Assembly (NCBI GenBank): GCA_034520945.1
Contig: JAXHNB010000005.1
Coordinates: forward strand, 256,001 to 320,000
Direction of reading: 5' to 3'
Length of the DNA stretch: 64,000 bases
Source: Trueperaceae bacterium
GTDB lineage: Bacteria; Deinococcota; Deinococci; Deinococcales; Trueperaceae
The notes under the pieces were generated by a model that saw only the letters and a list, made by a program, of their open reading frames with translations, did no database searches and had not been told where the DNA came from. Positions 8,505-18,905 of this stretch are shown here, piece after piece. Each line of letters opens with the position of its first letter. Position 1 is the first letter of the stretch. A program made the translations under genes and the position numbers.

Positions 8505-10399
8505 TCGTCGCCGTCGCCCCGGCCGCTGGGAAGAGCCTTCGCGGCCGGCGCCGCATCTTCGTCGTCCGCGCCCGTGCCCTGTTCGCGGCGGGCCGCCTCG
8601 ATCAGGTCGGCGAAGCGTTCGTCGATGCGGGCCTGCACCTCACGGTCCATCACGATCTTGTCGGGCCACGGGCGGGTGAAGCCCTCCGACGCGAGCTTCG
8701 GCGTGCCGTCCACCACCCAGGTCGGTCCACTGAGCGCATCCTCGATCACCTGGACGTCGCGCTCGGGGTCGATGTTGTTCAGCATGGTCCACATGCACGC
8801 CTCGAAGTCGCCGGTGTCGGTGGTCTCGTCCAGGACCGCGATCCACCGCACCCCCCGTGCCGCGGTCTGCCGTGCCGCCCACTCGCCCAGGTGACGGCCC
8901 TGATCACTGCGCGTCTTGCGGGTAGCGATGAACCAGAAGCCACCGCCCGGTTGGTGCTGTCCGGTGATCTCGCCGTGGTGCGGCAGCACGGAGGCGTGGC
9001 GCGGGCCGGCCGGTTCGAAGCGGTCCTCGCCCCCCTCCTCCTCGTGCTTGATCGTGCCGTCCAGCACCAGCTTGCTGCCGTACCCCCAGGCGCGGCTGGC
9101 GTGGTCCAGCACGTCGATCGGCCCCTTGGCGAGCTGCTGGTCGCGCCCAGGGCGGGCGTGCCTGAGCACGTGTCGCCAGAACGCGGCGTGCTCCTGCGGC
9201 GCGACCGTGCCATGGTCGGTGACGAGGATGACCTTGGCGAACATCATCTGCCCCAAACCCAGCAGCCCGTTCGCGACCTTGTACGCCTGGCCCGGATAGC
9301 TCTTGCGGATGGTGACGTTGACCAGGTTGTGCGCGATGCCGGCGGGCGGCATGTGGTAATCGATCAACTCGGGCAGGATCAACTGCGCCGGGGGCAGGAA
9401 CAGGCGTTCGCTGGCCTCGATGAAGGCCGCGTCCTCCATCGGGGGGCGGCCCACGATGGTGGTGGGATAGATGGCGTCGCGCCGCATGGTGACGGCCGTG
9501 ACGTGAAACGTCGGATAGTCGTCCACCAGCGTGTAGAAGCCGGTGTGATCGCCGAACGGTCCCTCCGGCCGCCACGGTTCGGCAGGGTCGACGTACCCCT
9601 CGAGCACCATCTCGGCGTGCGCCGGCACGTCCAGATCGACGCTGACGCCCTTGGTGACCTCCGTGCGGCGCCCCCGCAACCATCCGGCGAGCGAGAACTC
9701 GTTCAGGCCCGGAACCGGCGGCAGCGGCGCGGTGGCGGCGTAGATCAGCGCCGGGTCGCCCCCCAACGCCACCGCGACCGGAAGCGGACGGCCGGTGGCG
9801 GCCGCGTTCTCGAGGTGCCGCGCCCCGGTCTTGTGGCGTTGCCAGTGCATGCCGGTGGTGCGGGGACCGTACACCTGCATGCGGTACATCCCGACGTTGA
9901 CGTCGCCGCGGACCGGATCGCGCGTGATCACCAGGGGGAGCGTCACGAACGGCCCCCCGTCCCCCGGCCAGCAGGTCAGGACCGGCAGGCGGCCCAGATC
10001 CACCTCGTCGCCCCGCCACACCACCTGCTGGGCCGGCGCCCGGCGCACCCGCTTCGGCGGCAGCGCCGCCAACGAACGAAGCTTCGGTAGGTTCGACGCC
10101 AGCCCCATCAGGCCGCTCCCCACCTTCATGTCCAGCAGCGCATGCACGCGCTGGCCCAGCTCGTCGAGGCTGCCGACCCCGAGCGCCCGCGCCAACCGCT
10201 GCGGCGTCGCGAACAGGTTGATGGCGAGGGGGTAATCGCTGCCGACCACGTTCTCGAACAGCAACGCCGGCCCCCCGGCCTTCACCAGGCGGTCCGCCAA
10301 GGCGGTGATCTCGAGCTCCGCCGAGATCGGTTCGCGGACGCGTACCAGATCGCCCGTGCGGTCGAGCTCCCGTACGAAGCTCTGAAGGTCCCGGGTCAT
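8501..10399 (-). CDS. UbiD-family decarboxylase, probably the futalosine-pathway menaquinone biosynthesis decarboxylase (MqnL-like)
   Basis: GGPALLFEN, NVGMYRMQ, EGPFGDHTGFY, VGRPPMED, GLGQMMFAK, GPIDVLDHAS. Long form with C-terminal extension. Confidence 0.85.
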   Translation of the reverse strand: MTRDLQSFVRELDRTGDLVRVREPISAELEITALADRLVKAGGPALLFENVVGSDYPLAINLFATPQRLARALGVGSLDELGQRVHALLDMKVGSGLMGLASNLPKLRSLAALPPKRVRRAPAQQVVWRGDEVDLGRLPVLTCWPGDGGPFVTLPLVITRDPVRGDVNVGMYRMQVYGPRTTGMHWQRHKTGARHLENAAATGRPLPVAVALGGDPALIYAATAPLPPVPGLNEFSLAGWLRGRRTEVTKGVSVDLDVPAHAEMVLEGYVDPAEPWRPEGPFGDHTGFYTLVDDYPTFHVTAVTMRRDAIYPTTIVGRPPMEDAAFIEASERLFLPPAQLILPELIDYHMPPAGIAHNLVNVTIRKSYPGQAYKVANGLLGLGQMMFAKVILVTDHGTVAPQEHAAFWRHVLRHARPGRDQQLAKGPIDVLDHASRAWGYGSKLVLDGTIKHEEEGGEDRFEPAGPRHASVLPHHGEITGQHQPGGGFWFIATRKTRSDQGRHLGEWAARQTAARGVRWIAVLDETTDTGDFEACMWTMLNNIDPERDVQVIEDALSGPTWVVDGTPKLASEGFTRPWPDKIVMDREVQARIDERFADLIEAARREQGTGADDEDAAPAAKALPSGRGDGDD

Positions 10400-10497
10400 G
10401 CCTGCATGCTACTAGCCGCGAAGGCGCACGGCCGCGCGTTTCGACACGCCGCGGCCGTGCGTCCAGGCGGACGGCCGACGCCCAGGAGCGCACGCCA

Positions 10498-11901
10498 TCA
10501 GAACAGCCGCGTAAGGATGCGGGCCCCCGCCAGGTACGTCCCCACCGCCGAGCCGAGCGTCGCGCCGAAGAACACCAGCAAGGTGCGTGCCACGCGGTTG
10601 CGGTACCAGCCGCGCATGGTGGTGGTGTCGCGGCGCAGTGTCGCGAAGTCGCCCATGCTGGGCTTGCGACGCCATAACTCGAGGCCGGCCGCCACGAAGC
10701 CCGCCCCGATGGTGGGGTTGAGGCTGGTGAACGGCGCTGCGAGGACCGTGCCGATGACCGTCACCGGATGTGCCGACGCCAGAAGGGTGCCCAACGCCGT
10801 GGTGGCGGCGTTGATCAGGAACCAGTCCCCCACCAGTTGGCGGCCGAGGTCGGGATCGCGGACGAAGCCGGTCACGAACCCGGCCAGGATCAGGGCCACG
10901 AGAATCCACGGAAACGCCCGCCGCCACGCGGGCGGGGGCGGGACGTGCGTCAGCTCGCGAATGCGGGCGTCGGGATCGGCCACCGCGGCTGCGCCAGCGG
11001 CGTCCGCGTCGGTCGCGGGCTCGGACGCGGCGGCGGCATGGCGCAGAAGGGCGGCGAGCCCCTTGAGGTGACCGGCCCCGATCACCACCAGCACCTCGCG
11101 CGGTCCGTCGCTCGAAGACCGGCTGGCACGCGCGGCCTCTTGGCGAAGCCGGGCCGCCATGTAGTGGTCGCGCTCCTCGATCAGCGGCACGTACAGCCGC
11201 TGTGAACGTTCGGCGAACTCGGCGAACGTCGATTCCAGCACGTCGCCGTCCTTGAGCCGCTCGATTTCGTCTTCGTCGATCTCGTCGCTGGACAGCAGGC
11301 CGGCCAGCAGGCCGGCCATCAGCGTCAGCCTGCGCCACCACGGCACGTTCGCGTACACGCGGCGCAGCGTGATGCCGAGGTCGCGATCCACCAGCCACAG
11401 CGGCACCCCCGCCGCTTCGGACGCCTGAATGGCGTCCCGCATCTCCTGGCCGGGCTCGATGCCGTACTGGTCGGCCAGGCGCTGCTGAAACGCCCCCAAC
11501 GCCAGGTTGGCGGCCATCGTTCCGGCCCGTCCGCTGCGGATGACGGTGAACAGGTCGGTCTTGAGCATGCGATCCGGATCGGTGAGGGCCGCGTGGCGCG
11601 AGGCGTCCAACTCGACCGCCACCGCGTCATAGCGGCCGGACGCGATGCGGTCGCGGACCTCCTCGGCGCTGGCGCGCGAGACGTGCGCGGTGCCGAGCAG
11701 CGTGAAGCGGACCTGGCCCAGTCGCAGCGTCTCGGTCGGCCCGGAACGAGGCGATGCCCCTTCCGAAGGCGCGGCGGGTCCGGTCGCGTCCGTCGCGTCC
11801 GTCGCGTCCGTCGCGTCCATGCGCCCCTCCACGGCCGTGGGCGCGTCCTCGTCGCCGGCCGTGACGCTGGGCGTGGGATGGGGTCGCTCGCCGTTCGTCA
11901 T
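10498..11901 (-). CDS. TraB/PrgY/GumN family protein
   Basis: LLGTAHVS, VAVELD, PGQEM, LIEERDHYMA, VVIGAGHLKG, C-terminal TM helices (APFTSLNP). Confidence 0.88.
   Translation of the reverse strand: MTNGERPHPTPSVTAGDEDAPTAVEGRMDATDATDATDATGPAAPSEGASPRSGPTETLRLGQVRFTLLGTAHVSRASAEEVRDRIASGRYDAVAVELDASRHAALTDPDRMLKTDLFTVIRSGRAGTMAANLALGAFQQRLADQYGIEPGQEMRDAIQASEAAGVPLWLVDRDLGITLRRVYANVPWWRRLTLMAGLLAGLLSSDEIDEDEIERLKDGDVLESTFAEFAERSQRLYVPLIEERDHYMAARLRQEAARASRSSSDGPREVLVVIGAGHLKGLAALLRHAAAASEPATDADAAGAAAVADPDARIRELTHVPPPPAWRRAFPWILVALILAGFVTGFVRDPDLGRQLVGDWFLINAATTALGTLLASAHPVTVIGTVLAAPFTSLNPTIGAGFVAAGLELWRRKPSMGDFATLRRDTTTMRGWYRNRVARTLLVFFGATLGSAVGTYLAGARILTRLF
11783..11818. repeat. 9-bp tandem repeat x4 (GTCGCGTCC), encodes (DAT)4 in the TraB N-terminal region
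   Basis: Read directly from the sequence. Confidence 0.85.
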
Positions 11902-11993
11902 GGCGTCCGAGTGTACCGCTCCCCGCGGTAGGGGCGCGTCCACGGGCGCGGAGGACGCTGCGGCGAGGCGGTTCAGCCGGTAGGCTCGGCCCT

Positions 11994-13829
11994 ATGGACG
12001 CCCACGCAGCGGCCGGGACGCCGCCTCGCACCGACGTCGAACCGGTCGCATCTTCCGGCCGGACGCTCTCCCGGCAGATCCAGCGGACGCGGTTGTGGTT
12101 CCCGGTCACCATCGCCGCGGTCGTCGGCGTGTTCGAGATCCTGCTGTTTCCGCAACTGGGGCCGGTGGTCCTCTGGGTGCGGCTGGCGTTCTACGGTTTG
12201 CTGGGGCCCGCACTGACCTTCCTCACGCTCAGCTGGATCGTCGGCGAGGTCGAGGCCCGCGAGGCGGCCCAGCGGCGCTTCTGGACCACCTACCACGAGC
12301 TTCAGGACAGCCACGAACTGTTGTCCTCCATCCAGCGCGTGACGGAGCGCTTCGCGGCGGCCACCGACCTGGAGACCGCCGTCCGCGCGGCCGCGAGCGG
12401 GATTCGCGAAGTGACCGGCTCGGAGGCCGCGGCGGTGCTGTTGGGGTCCGGCCCGCGCGAACTGGTGGCGCACGATGGGCTGCGCGAGGGGATGGAGGTG
12501 CTCCTCCAGGAGCGCGACGCCGCCCTACGGCGAGGGGAGTCGCAAGCGGACGCGTGCGACACGCCGTACGGGCCGCGGGTGGTGATCTCGATGCCGATCC
12601 GGACCGGGGGCGAGGTGGAGGGCAGCCTGCACGCGATGTTCACGGAGGTGCCGGGTGCGCGGGCGCGCGAGGCGTTCGGGATTCTGGCGGGCCAGTTCGC
12701 CTCCGTGGCGGAGGCCGCCCGCAGCCGCATGCGGGACCTGCTGACGCTGTTCGACGTCGACCGGTCGATCCGCGCGGAGGGGAACCTTCACCGCCTCCTG
12801 GAGGCGCTCCTGGAGCGGACCATGCAACGCCTGGGCGCCACGCGGGGGGCCGTGCTGCTCGACGACGGCGCCGGCGAGCTGCAGCCCCAGGTCGTACGCG
12901 GAGCGGCCTCCGCCCAGCCGCTCCGGCTGGCGGGTGGGCAGTTGGGACCCCTCGGCGGCGGGAGCGAGCCGGTGCTGTTGTCCCGCCTGGACGAGGCGGC
13001 GCGTCGTGAGGCCGGGCCGTTGCTCGACGAGGCGGGGTGCGCCGTGATTCTCCCGCTGTCCGCCGACGGCGAGCCGCTCGGCATGGTGCTCCTGGCCCAC
13101 GAGGACCCGGGCGCGCTCGAGGAGGCTCAATTGTCGTTCCTGTCGCTGATCGCCGGGCAGGTCAGCCTGGCGCTGCGGAACGCGCGCGCCTACCTTCACT
13201 CCGAGGAGGTCGCGATCGGCGAGGAGCGGTCCCGCATCGCGCGCGAGATCCACGACGGGGTGGCGCAGTCGTTGGCGTTCGCCGCGCTCAAGATCGATCT
13301 CGGCCGTCGCTTGCAGGGCCGGGATGCCGAGCGCGCCGCGCAGGAGTTCGCGGAGGCGGGCGACACGGTCCGCGAAGCGATCCGCGAGTTGCGCCGCAGC
13401 ATCTTCGCCTTGCGCCCGGTCGATCTGGAGCGGCACGGCTTCAAAGAGACGGTGCGGCGCTACCTCGGTGATTTCGGTCCACAGAACGACGTACGGGTCG
13501 AGACGGCGTTCGGCGAGCTGCCCGACCTGGAGGTGCGCAACGAAGCGGTGCTGTTCCGGATCTTTCAGGAGGCCATGCACAACGTCGCCAAGCACGCGGA
13601 CGCCTCCACGGTCACGGTGCGGCTCGGGACCGACCCGGAGGGGCGCGCCTTCGTGGAGGTCGAGGACGACGGGGCCGGCTTCGATCCCGAGGCGGTCAGC
13701 GACCGGGTGACCAGCGCGGGCGGTTTGGGGTTGCGTCAGATGCGCGAACGCGTCGAGGCGCGCCGGGGCAGGTTCACGTTGAAGAGCGCGCCGGGCCACG
13801 GGACGCGCGTGCGGGCCGCGCTGCGCTGA
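11994..13829 (+). CDS. Membrane sensor histidine kinase with GAF domains (HisKA_3/NarX-like)
   Basis: Two TM helices, GAF-like segments, ERSRIAREIHDGVAQ H-box, QEAMHNVAKHA N-box, EDDGAGFD, GLGL G-box. Confidence 0.9.
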   Translation: MDAHAAAGTPPRTDVEPVASSGRTLSRQIQRTRLWFPVTIAAVVGVFEILLFPQLGPVVLWVRLAFYGLLGPALTFLTLSWIVGEVEAREAAQRRFWTTYHELQDSHELLSSIQRVTERFAAATDLETAVRAAASGIREVTGSEAAAVLLGSGPRELVAHDGLREGMEVLLQERDAALRRGESQADACDTPYGPRVVISMPIRTGGEVEGSLHAMFTEVPGARAREAFGILAGQFASVAEAARSRMRDLLTLFDVDRSIRAEGNLHRLLEALLERTMQRLGATRGAVLLDDGAGELQPQVVRGAASAQPLRLAGGQLGPLGGGSEPVLLSRLDEAARREAGPLLDEAGCAVILPLSADGEPLGMVLLAHEDPGALEEAQLSFLSLIAGQVSLALRNARAYLHSEEVAIGEERSRIAREIHDGVAQSLAFAALKIDLGRRLQGRDAERAAQEFAEAGDTVREAIRELRRSIFALRPVDLERHGFKETVRRYLGDFGPQNDVRVETAFGELPDLEVRNEAVLFRIFQEAMHNVAKHADASTVTVRLGTDPEGRAFVEVEDDGAGFDPEAVSDRVTSAGGLGLRQMRERVEARRGRFTLKSAPGHGTRVRAALR

Positions 13830-13858
13830 GGCGCGCCTTCGCCTCCGCCCCACGCGAA

Positions 13859-13881
13859 GGCCGGCCCCGAGGGGGCCGGCC
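13859..13881. terminator. Hairpin between the convergent kinase and rpmE genes
   Basis: GGCCGGCCCC-GAG-GGGGCCGGCC inverted repeat. Confidence 0.55.
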
Positions 13882-13902
13882 GAATCGTCGCGCCCGCGGG
13901 CG

Positions 13903-14115
13903 TCACTTGCGCCGGTAGCTGGTCCCGAACCGCTTCTGGAACTTCTCGACGCGGCCTTCGGTATCGATGAACCGCTGTTGGCCGGTATAGAACGGGTGGT
14001 TGCCGGACCAGACGTCCACGTGGATCTCGGGCTTGGTGCTGTAGGTTTCCAGCACCACTTCACCGTCGCACACGATCTTGCAGGGCACCACGTTGGGATG
14101 GATCTTCTTCTTCAT
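13903..14115 (-). CDS. rpmE: 50S ribosomal protein L31
   Basis: MKKKIHP...HPFYTGQQRFIDTEGRVEKFQKRF. GAGGAG RBS. Confidence 0.95.
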   Translation of the reverse strand: MKKKIHPNVVPCKIVCDGEVVLETYSTKPEIHVDVWSGNHPFYTGQQRFIDTEGRVEKFQKRFGTSYRRK

Positions 14116-14207
14116 GACCGACTCCTCGAAAGCGGAATGCCGGCGACTCGGCGCCGGCCGATGCGAACTGCGCCGGAGCACTCTAGCAGACCTGCCGGAT
14201 CGGCGTG

Positions 14208-14636
14208 TCAGGCGGGGGTGGCCTCGCGGACTTGGCGCTTGACGCGCCCCAGCATGCCCTCCAAGCCCCGCAGGCGTAGCGGGCTGACCAACTCGGCCAG
14301 GTCGAGGTCGCGGTGGAAGTCGGCCGGGACGGCCAGGACCTCCTCGGCGGGCAGGCCGTCCAACCCGTGCGCCAGGATCGACGCGAAGCCGCGGGTGGTG
14401 GGGGCCTCCGGGGGGGCGTCGAAGTACAGCGAGACCTTCCCGTCCTGGGTCTCGGTGGCCAGGAACAGCGGCGTCTGACACTCCTCCACCTGTTCGAAGC
14501 GGTCTTTGGCGTCGGCCCACCCCTCGGGAAGCGCCGGCAGCGCGTCGGCGTACTCGAGCAACAGCTCCAGGCGCAGCGAGCGGGGGGCCCGCGCGAACTT
14601 GTCCACGATCTCCTGCAACGGGGCGGGAACGCTCAT
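14208..14636 (-). CDS. sufE: SufE-family Fe-S assembly sulfur acceptor
   Basis: LLLEYADALP, VEECQTPLF (acceptor Cys), EAPTTRGFA, LVSPLRLRG. Confidence 0.88.
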   Translation of the reverse strand: MSVPAPLQEIVDKFARAPRSLRLELLLEYADALPALPEGWADAKDRFEQVEECQTPLFLATETQDGKVSLYFDAPPEAPTTRGFASILAHGLDGLPAEEVLAVPADFHRDLDLAELVSPLRLRGLEGMLGRVKRQVREATPA

Positions 14637-14748
14637 GCCCTGATGGTACCGGGCTGGGGCCGGCGGAGAGGTGGTCCAGGCGCCAACCCGCCCACCCGCG
14701 GGCGCGACGCGGCGCCGGGCGGGCGCGCCCTCTGGTATTCTCCGCGGC

Positions 14749-16077
14749 ATGTCCGTGCCCGTCCCATGCGGGGATGCTGCCCTGCCCGACCCCCTGCCGT
14801 TGCGCGCCGGAGGGCCCGTGTCGGTGCGGATGGCCGTCCCCGGGTCGAAGTCGCTCACCAACCGTGCCCTGGCCATCGCCGCGCTGGCCGGGGGAACCTC
14901 CACCCTCCGAGGCGCGCTGGTGGCGGAGGACCGGGAGGTCATGGTGCAGGGTCTGCGCCAGCTCGGGATCGAGATCGAGGGCGACGGCGAAACGCTCCTG
15001 GTTCACGGCCAGGGCGGCCGCGTCCCCGCCGCCCGCGCCGAGCTGGACCTGCGCCTGTCGGGGACCGCCATCCGCTTCCTGGCCGCGATGTGCGCGGTGG
15101 GACACGGAACCTATCGCCTGGACGGCAACGCGCGCATGCGGGAACGGCCGATCGGCGACCTTCTGCAGGCGTTGCGTGCGCTGGGCGCGTCGGCCGAGAG
15201 CGAGGCAGGGAACGATTGCCCGCCCGTTCGGATCCGGAGCGAGGGGCTGGCCGGCGGCGAGGCGCGCATCGCCGGCCAGCGCTCGTCGCAGTACCTCTCG
15301 GCGCTGCTGATGGTGGCGCCGGCGGCGCGGGGTCCCCTCGCCATCGAAGTGGAGGGCGAGCTTCTCTCCAAACCGTTCGTCGACATGACGGTGGCGCTGA
15401 TGGAGTGGTTCGGGGTGTCGGTCACGCGCGACGGCTACCGCCGCTTCGACGTCGCCCCGGCCCGCTACGCGCCGCGCGATCTCCGCGTCGAGGGTGACGC
15501 CATGGCGGCGGGGTACTACTTCGCCGCCGCCGCCGTCACCGGCGGCCGTGCGTGCGTCACCAACGTGCAGCGCGGCGGGTTCCAGGGCGACCTGCGCCTG
15601 GTGGAGGTGCTCGAGGCCATGGGGTGCCGGGTGCACGACGACATCGAGGGCCTCACCGTGGAGGGCCCTCCCAGCGGCGTGCTCACCGGCGGGCGTTTCG
15701 ACCTGAACGACATGCCTGATCAGGCGCAGACGCTGGCGGTGTGCGGACTGTTCGCCGATCGTCCGGTCGAGATTCGCGACGTCTGGAACCTGCGCATCAA
15801 GGAGACCGACCGCCTGTCCGCGTTGGCGCGCGAACTCTCACGCCTGGGCGCCCACGTCAGTGAACATCACGACGCGATCACGGTGCACCCGCTGCCGGCG
15901 CCGGACGCGCGCCGGGAGGTGGTGATCGACACCTACAATGATCACCGCATGGCGATGGCGTTCGCCGTCGCCGGGCTGCGCATCCCGGGGCTGGCGCTCG
16001 CCGACCCCGGCTGCGTCGCCAAGACCTATCCCGGCTTCTTTCGCGACTGGGCCGCCACCGGGGGGGTCGCGGCGTGA
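14749..16077 (+). CDS. aroA: 3-phosphoshikimate 1-carboxyvinyltransferase (EPSP synthase)
   Basis: PGSKSLTNRAL, RMRERPI, SSQYLSALL, LRIKETDRL, DHRMAMAF, VAKTYP. Confidence 0.95.
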   Translation: MSVPVPCGDAALPDPLPLRAGGPVSVRMAVPGSKSLTNRALAIAALAGGTSTLRGALVAEDREVMVQGLRQLGIEIEGDGETLLVHGQGGRVPAARAELDLRLSGTAIRFLAAMCAVGHGTYRLDGNARMRERPIGDLLQALRALGASAESEAGNDCPPVRIRSEGLAGGEARIAGQRSSQYLSALLMVAPAARGPLAIEVEGELLSKPFVDMTVALMEWFGVSVTRDGYRRFDVAPARYAPRDLRVEGDAMAAGYYFAAAAVTGGRACVTNVQRGGFQGDLRLVEVLEAMGCRVHDDIEGLTVEGPPSGVLTGGRFDLNDMPDQAQTLAVCGLFADRPVEIRDVWNLRIKETDRLSALARELSRLGAHVSEHHDAITVHPLPAPDARREVVIDTYNDHRMAMAFAVAGLRIPGLALADPGCVAKTYPGFFRDWAATGGVAA

Positions 16078-16733
16078 GGGGCGGAGGGCGCGAGGTCGTG
16101 ACCCTGGACGGGCCTGCGGCCAGCGGCAAGTCGACCGTCGCCCGGCGCGTCGCCGAGGCGTTGGAGGTGCCGTTCGTGTCCAGCGGCCTGCTGTACCGCG
16201 CCGCGACCGAACTGGCGCTGCGCGCGGGCGTGGACCCCGGCGCCGAGTCCGAGCTGGCCTCGTTGCTGCACGGGCACGAGGTCCGCCTCGAGCCCGGCCG
16301 CGAGGCGGACCGCGTGTACGTGCAGGACGAGGACGTCACGCACCGCCTTCACGCGGATGCCGTCGACGCCGCCGTCTCCGAAGTCGCGGCCCATCCGCGG
16401 GTGCGCGCCTGGGTCAACGCCCGGCTGCGCGAGATCGAGGGGCCGTTCGTGATCGACGGGCGTGACATGGGGCGCGACGTGTTCCCCGACGCCTACGCCA
16501 AGTTCTTCCTGACCGCGCGTCCCGAGATCCGCGCCGCCCGTCGCGTCGGCGAGCGCGCGGCCGACCTGGACACGGTGACCGAGATGATGCGGCGTCGCGA
16601 CGCCGGCGACGTCCGGCAGTCCGGGCCCGCGCCCGACGCCGTCCGCATCGATACCAGCGACCTGAACCTGGACGAGGTCGTGGACACCGTGCTCGCGTAC
16701 GTGGCCGAACGCCGGGCCGACGCGGCGACGTGA
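16074..16733 (+). CDS. cmk: Cytidylate kinase
   Basis: LDGPAASGKST, SGLLYRA, DGRDMG..VFPDA..KFFLTA. Confidence 0.93.
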   Translation: MRGGGREVVTLDGPAASGKSTVARRVAEALEVPFVSSGLLYRAATELALRAGVDPGAESELASLLHGHEVRLEPGREADRVYVQDEDVTHRLHADAVDAAVSEVAAHPRVRAWVNARLREIEGPFVIDGRDMGRDVFPDAYAKFFLTARPEIRAARRVGERAADLDTVTEMMRRRDAGDVRQSGPAPDAVRIDTSDLNLDEVVDTVLAYVAERRADAAT

Positions 16734-17629
16734 GCGCCCCGTTCCCCGTGCCGGCGGCCTCGTTGCGCCGCGTGGGGGTGACCGCCAGCCCGCACAAGCC
16801 GGACGCCGCCCCGCTGGCGTCGGCGTTCGCGGCGCGCCTACGGCGCCTGGGCATCGAGGTGTGGACCGAGCTGGCGGGGGACGGGTCGCTCTCCGAGCTC
16901 GGTGTGGGCGCCGACGTGGTGGTGTCGGTCGGCGGGGACGGCACGCTGTTGGACGTGGCCCGCCGGCTGGTCGGCACCGACGTGCCGGTCCTGGGCGTCA
17001 ACCTCGGAAAGCTCGGCTTCTTGGCCGGGTTCTCGCCGGAGGAGTTCTGGGACTACCTGGACGGCGCCTCGCCCGCCGCGTGGCGGGTCGACCGGGAGAT
17101 GATGCTGCGGATCACCGTCGACGGCGGGCCGGCCCGGGTCGCGCTGAACGACGTCGCCGTCTCGCAGGGGGTCATGACGCGGCTGGTGGAGCTCGACATG
17201 TGGATCGAGGGCGAGCACGCCATCGCCTACCGGGCCGACGGCCTGGTCGTCAGCACGCCGGTCGGATCGACGGCGTACTCGTTGTCGCTCGGGGGACCGA
17301 TCCTGGGGCGGGGGCTCCGGGCCTTCGTGATCACCCCCATCGCACCGCACTCGCTCACCAACCGACCGATCGTGGTGGACGGGCGCGAGGCGGTGTCGTT
17401 CGAGGTGCGCGGCCCGGTCGAAGAGCTCGCACTGGTCGTCGACGGGCAGGAGCGCGTCGACCTGTCGGCCGGCGATCGCGTCGAGATCGCGGCCTCGGAG
17501 GGCGACGTGCGCCTGGTCAGCAGCGGCCGGCTCGGCCCCTACGCGGTGCTGCGCGAGAAGTTGGGGTGGGGCCTGGCCCCCGTCCCGTTGCGGCGCGCCG
17601 CGCAAGACGAGGACGACACCCGCGACTGA
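16730..17629 (+). CDS. nadK: NAD(+) kinase
   Basis: GGDGTLL, GVNLGKLGFL, ALND, DGLVVSTPVGSTAYSLS. Confidence 0.93.
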   Translation: MSAPFPVPAASLRRVGVTASPHKPDAAPLASAFAARLRRLGIEVWTELAGDGSLSELGVGADVVVSVGGDGTLLDVARRLVGTDVPVLGVNLGKLGFLAGFSPEEFWDYLDGASPAAWRVDREMMLRITVDGGPARVALNDVAVSQGVMTRLVELDMWIEGEHAIAYRADGLVVSTPVGSTAYSLSLGGPILGRGLRAFVITPIAPHSLTNRPIVVDGREAVSFEVRGPVEELALVVDGQERVDLSAGDRVEIAASEGDVRLVSSGRLGPYAVLREKLGWGLAPVPLRRAAQDEDDTRD

Positions 17630-17684
17630 CATTGCCTGGGACCACGCGCCGGCCTGGCTCCCCACGGCCGCTATACTGCCCCTC

Positions 17685-18905
17685 GTGCGAACCGCGTCCG
17701 GCACGGTCCTCCTGATCTCGAACGGCCACGGCGAGCACGTGGTGGGGGCGCGGATCGCGGCCGCACTGCGGGCGCGGGCGCCCGCGCTGCGGATCCTGGC
17801 TCTGCCCACCGTCGGGCCGGGCGAGGCGTACGCGGACGGCCCGGCCGTGCGGATCGGCCCGTCCCGTGCGCTGCCGAGCGGCGGGCTGACGGTCCGCGAT
17901 CCCGCCCACCTGTGGGCGGACCTTCGCAGCGGGTTCCTGGACCTCACCTGGCGCCAGGCGCGCACCCTGCGCGCCCAGCGGGTCGACGCGGTGGTGAGCG
18001 TCGGCGACGTGTGGGCCGAAACGCTGGGGTCGCTTCCGGGGGCGCCCGCCCGCATGGCGGTGCAGACGCTGGTCTCCGTCCGCATGATGGGCGGACCCGC
18101 GCCGCTCGGCCTGCGGGCGTTTCGGGAGCGGTTCACGGCGCCCGAGCGCCAACTGTTGCGTCGCGCCTACCGCGTCGCGTACGTGCGCGACGCCGAGAGC
18201 GCGCGCTGGCTGCGGGCGCGCGGCGTACCGGCGCGGTTCGCGGGGAACCCGATGATGGACGGCCTGGACGCCGCACCGTTCGCGCTGGACGGCGAGGGGC
18301 CGCGCCTGGTGCTGCTGCCGGGCAGTCGCGGCTATGCGCCGGCGGCCGTGCGGACGATGTTCGACGTGCTGGCCCGGCTCCCCGCGGTCACGGCGGTCCT
18401 TCCCTGGCCCGAGGGGGCGCCCGCGTTGCCCGACCCGGCCGATTGGCGGCCCCTGCCCGGACCCGAAGGCACGCGGGCGTGGCGACGCGGGCGGCGGTAC
18501 GTGCAGGCCACGGCGCGCGGCCTGGCCCCGGCGCTGGCCTGGGCCGACATCGCGCTCGGCACCACGGGAACGGCCCAGGAGCAGGCCGCCGGGCGCGGCG
18601 TCCCCGTGGTCACGTTCCCCGTACCGGGCGCGATTCCGCTGGGGTTCCTGCGCACGCAGCGCCGCGTGCTGGGCGACGCGCTCGAGATCGTGACGGACGG
18701 ACCGGACGCGGCGGCACGCGCGGTGCGGCGCCTGGCCGTGGATCCCGCCGAGCGGGCGCGACGCGGCGCGATCGGCCGGGCCCGCATGGGGCCGCCGGGC
18801 GGGGCCGCCGCCATCGCGGACGATCTGCTGCGCCGCACCTACGCCGCCGACGACGCCATGGGGCCGCCCGGGCAGGTAGCCTACGCCCCCGGGGAGGAAC
18901 CGTGA
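17685..18905 (+). CDS. Lipid-A-disaccharide synthase (LpxB)-related GT-B glycosyltransferase
   Basis: LLISNGHGE, LPSGG, GNPMMDGL, LLLPGSR, GTAQEQAAGRGVPV, RMGPPGGA. Confidence 0.75.
   Translation: MRTASGTVLLISNGHGEHVVGARIAAALRARAPALRILALPTVGPGEAYADGPAVRIGPSRALPSGGLTVRDPAHLWADLRSGFLDLTWRQARTLRAQRVDAVVSVGDVWAETLGSLPGAPARMAVQTLVSVRMMGGPAPLGLRAFRERFTAPERQLLRRAYRVAYVRDAESARWLRARGVPARFAGNPMMDGLDAAPFALDGEGPRLVLLPGSRGYAPAAVRTMFDVLARLPAVTAVLPWPEGAPALPDPADWRPLPGPEGTRAWRRGRRYVQATARGLAPALAWADIALGTTGTAQEQAAGRGVPVVTFPVPGAIPLGFLRTQRRVLGDALEIVTDGPDAAARAVRRLAVDPAERARRGAIGRARMGPPGGAAAIADDLLRRTYAADDAMGPPGQVAYAPGEEP

Noticed and set aside
15045..15085. AroA motif RLSGTAIRF (Phe at the position equivalent to E. 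coli P101) as a glyphosate-tolerance signal
   Set aside because: Similar substitutions occur naturally in high-GC bacteria, and no phenotype can be inferred from sequence alone.
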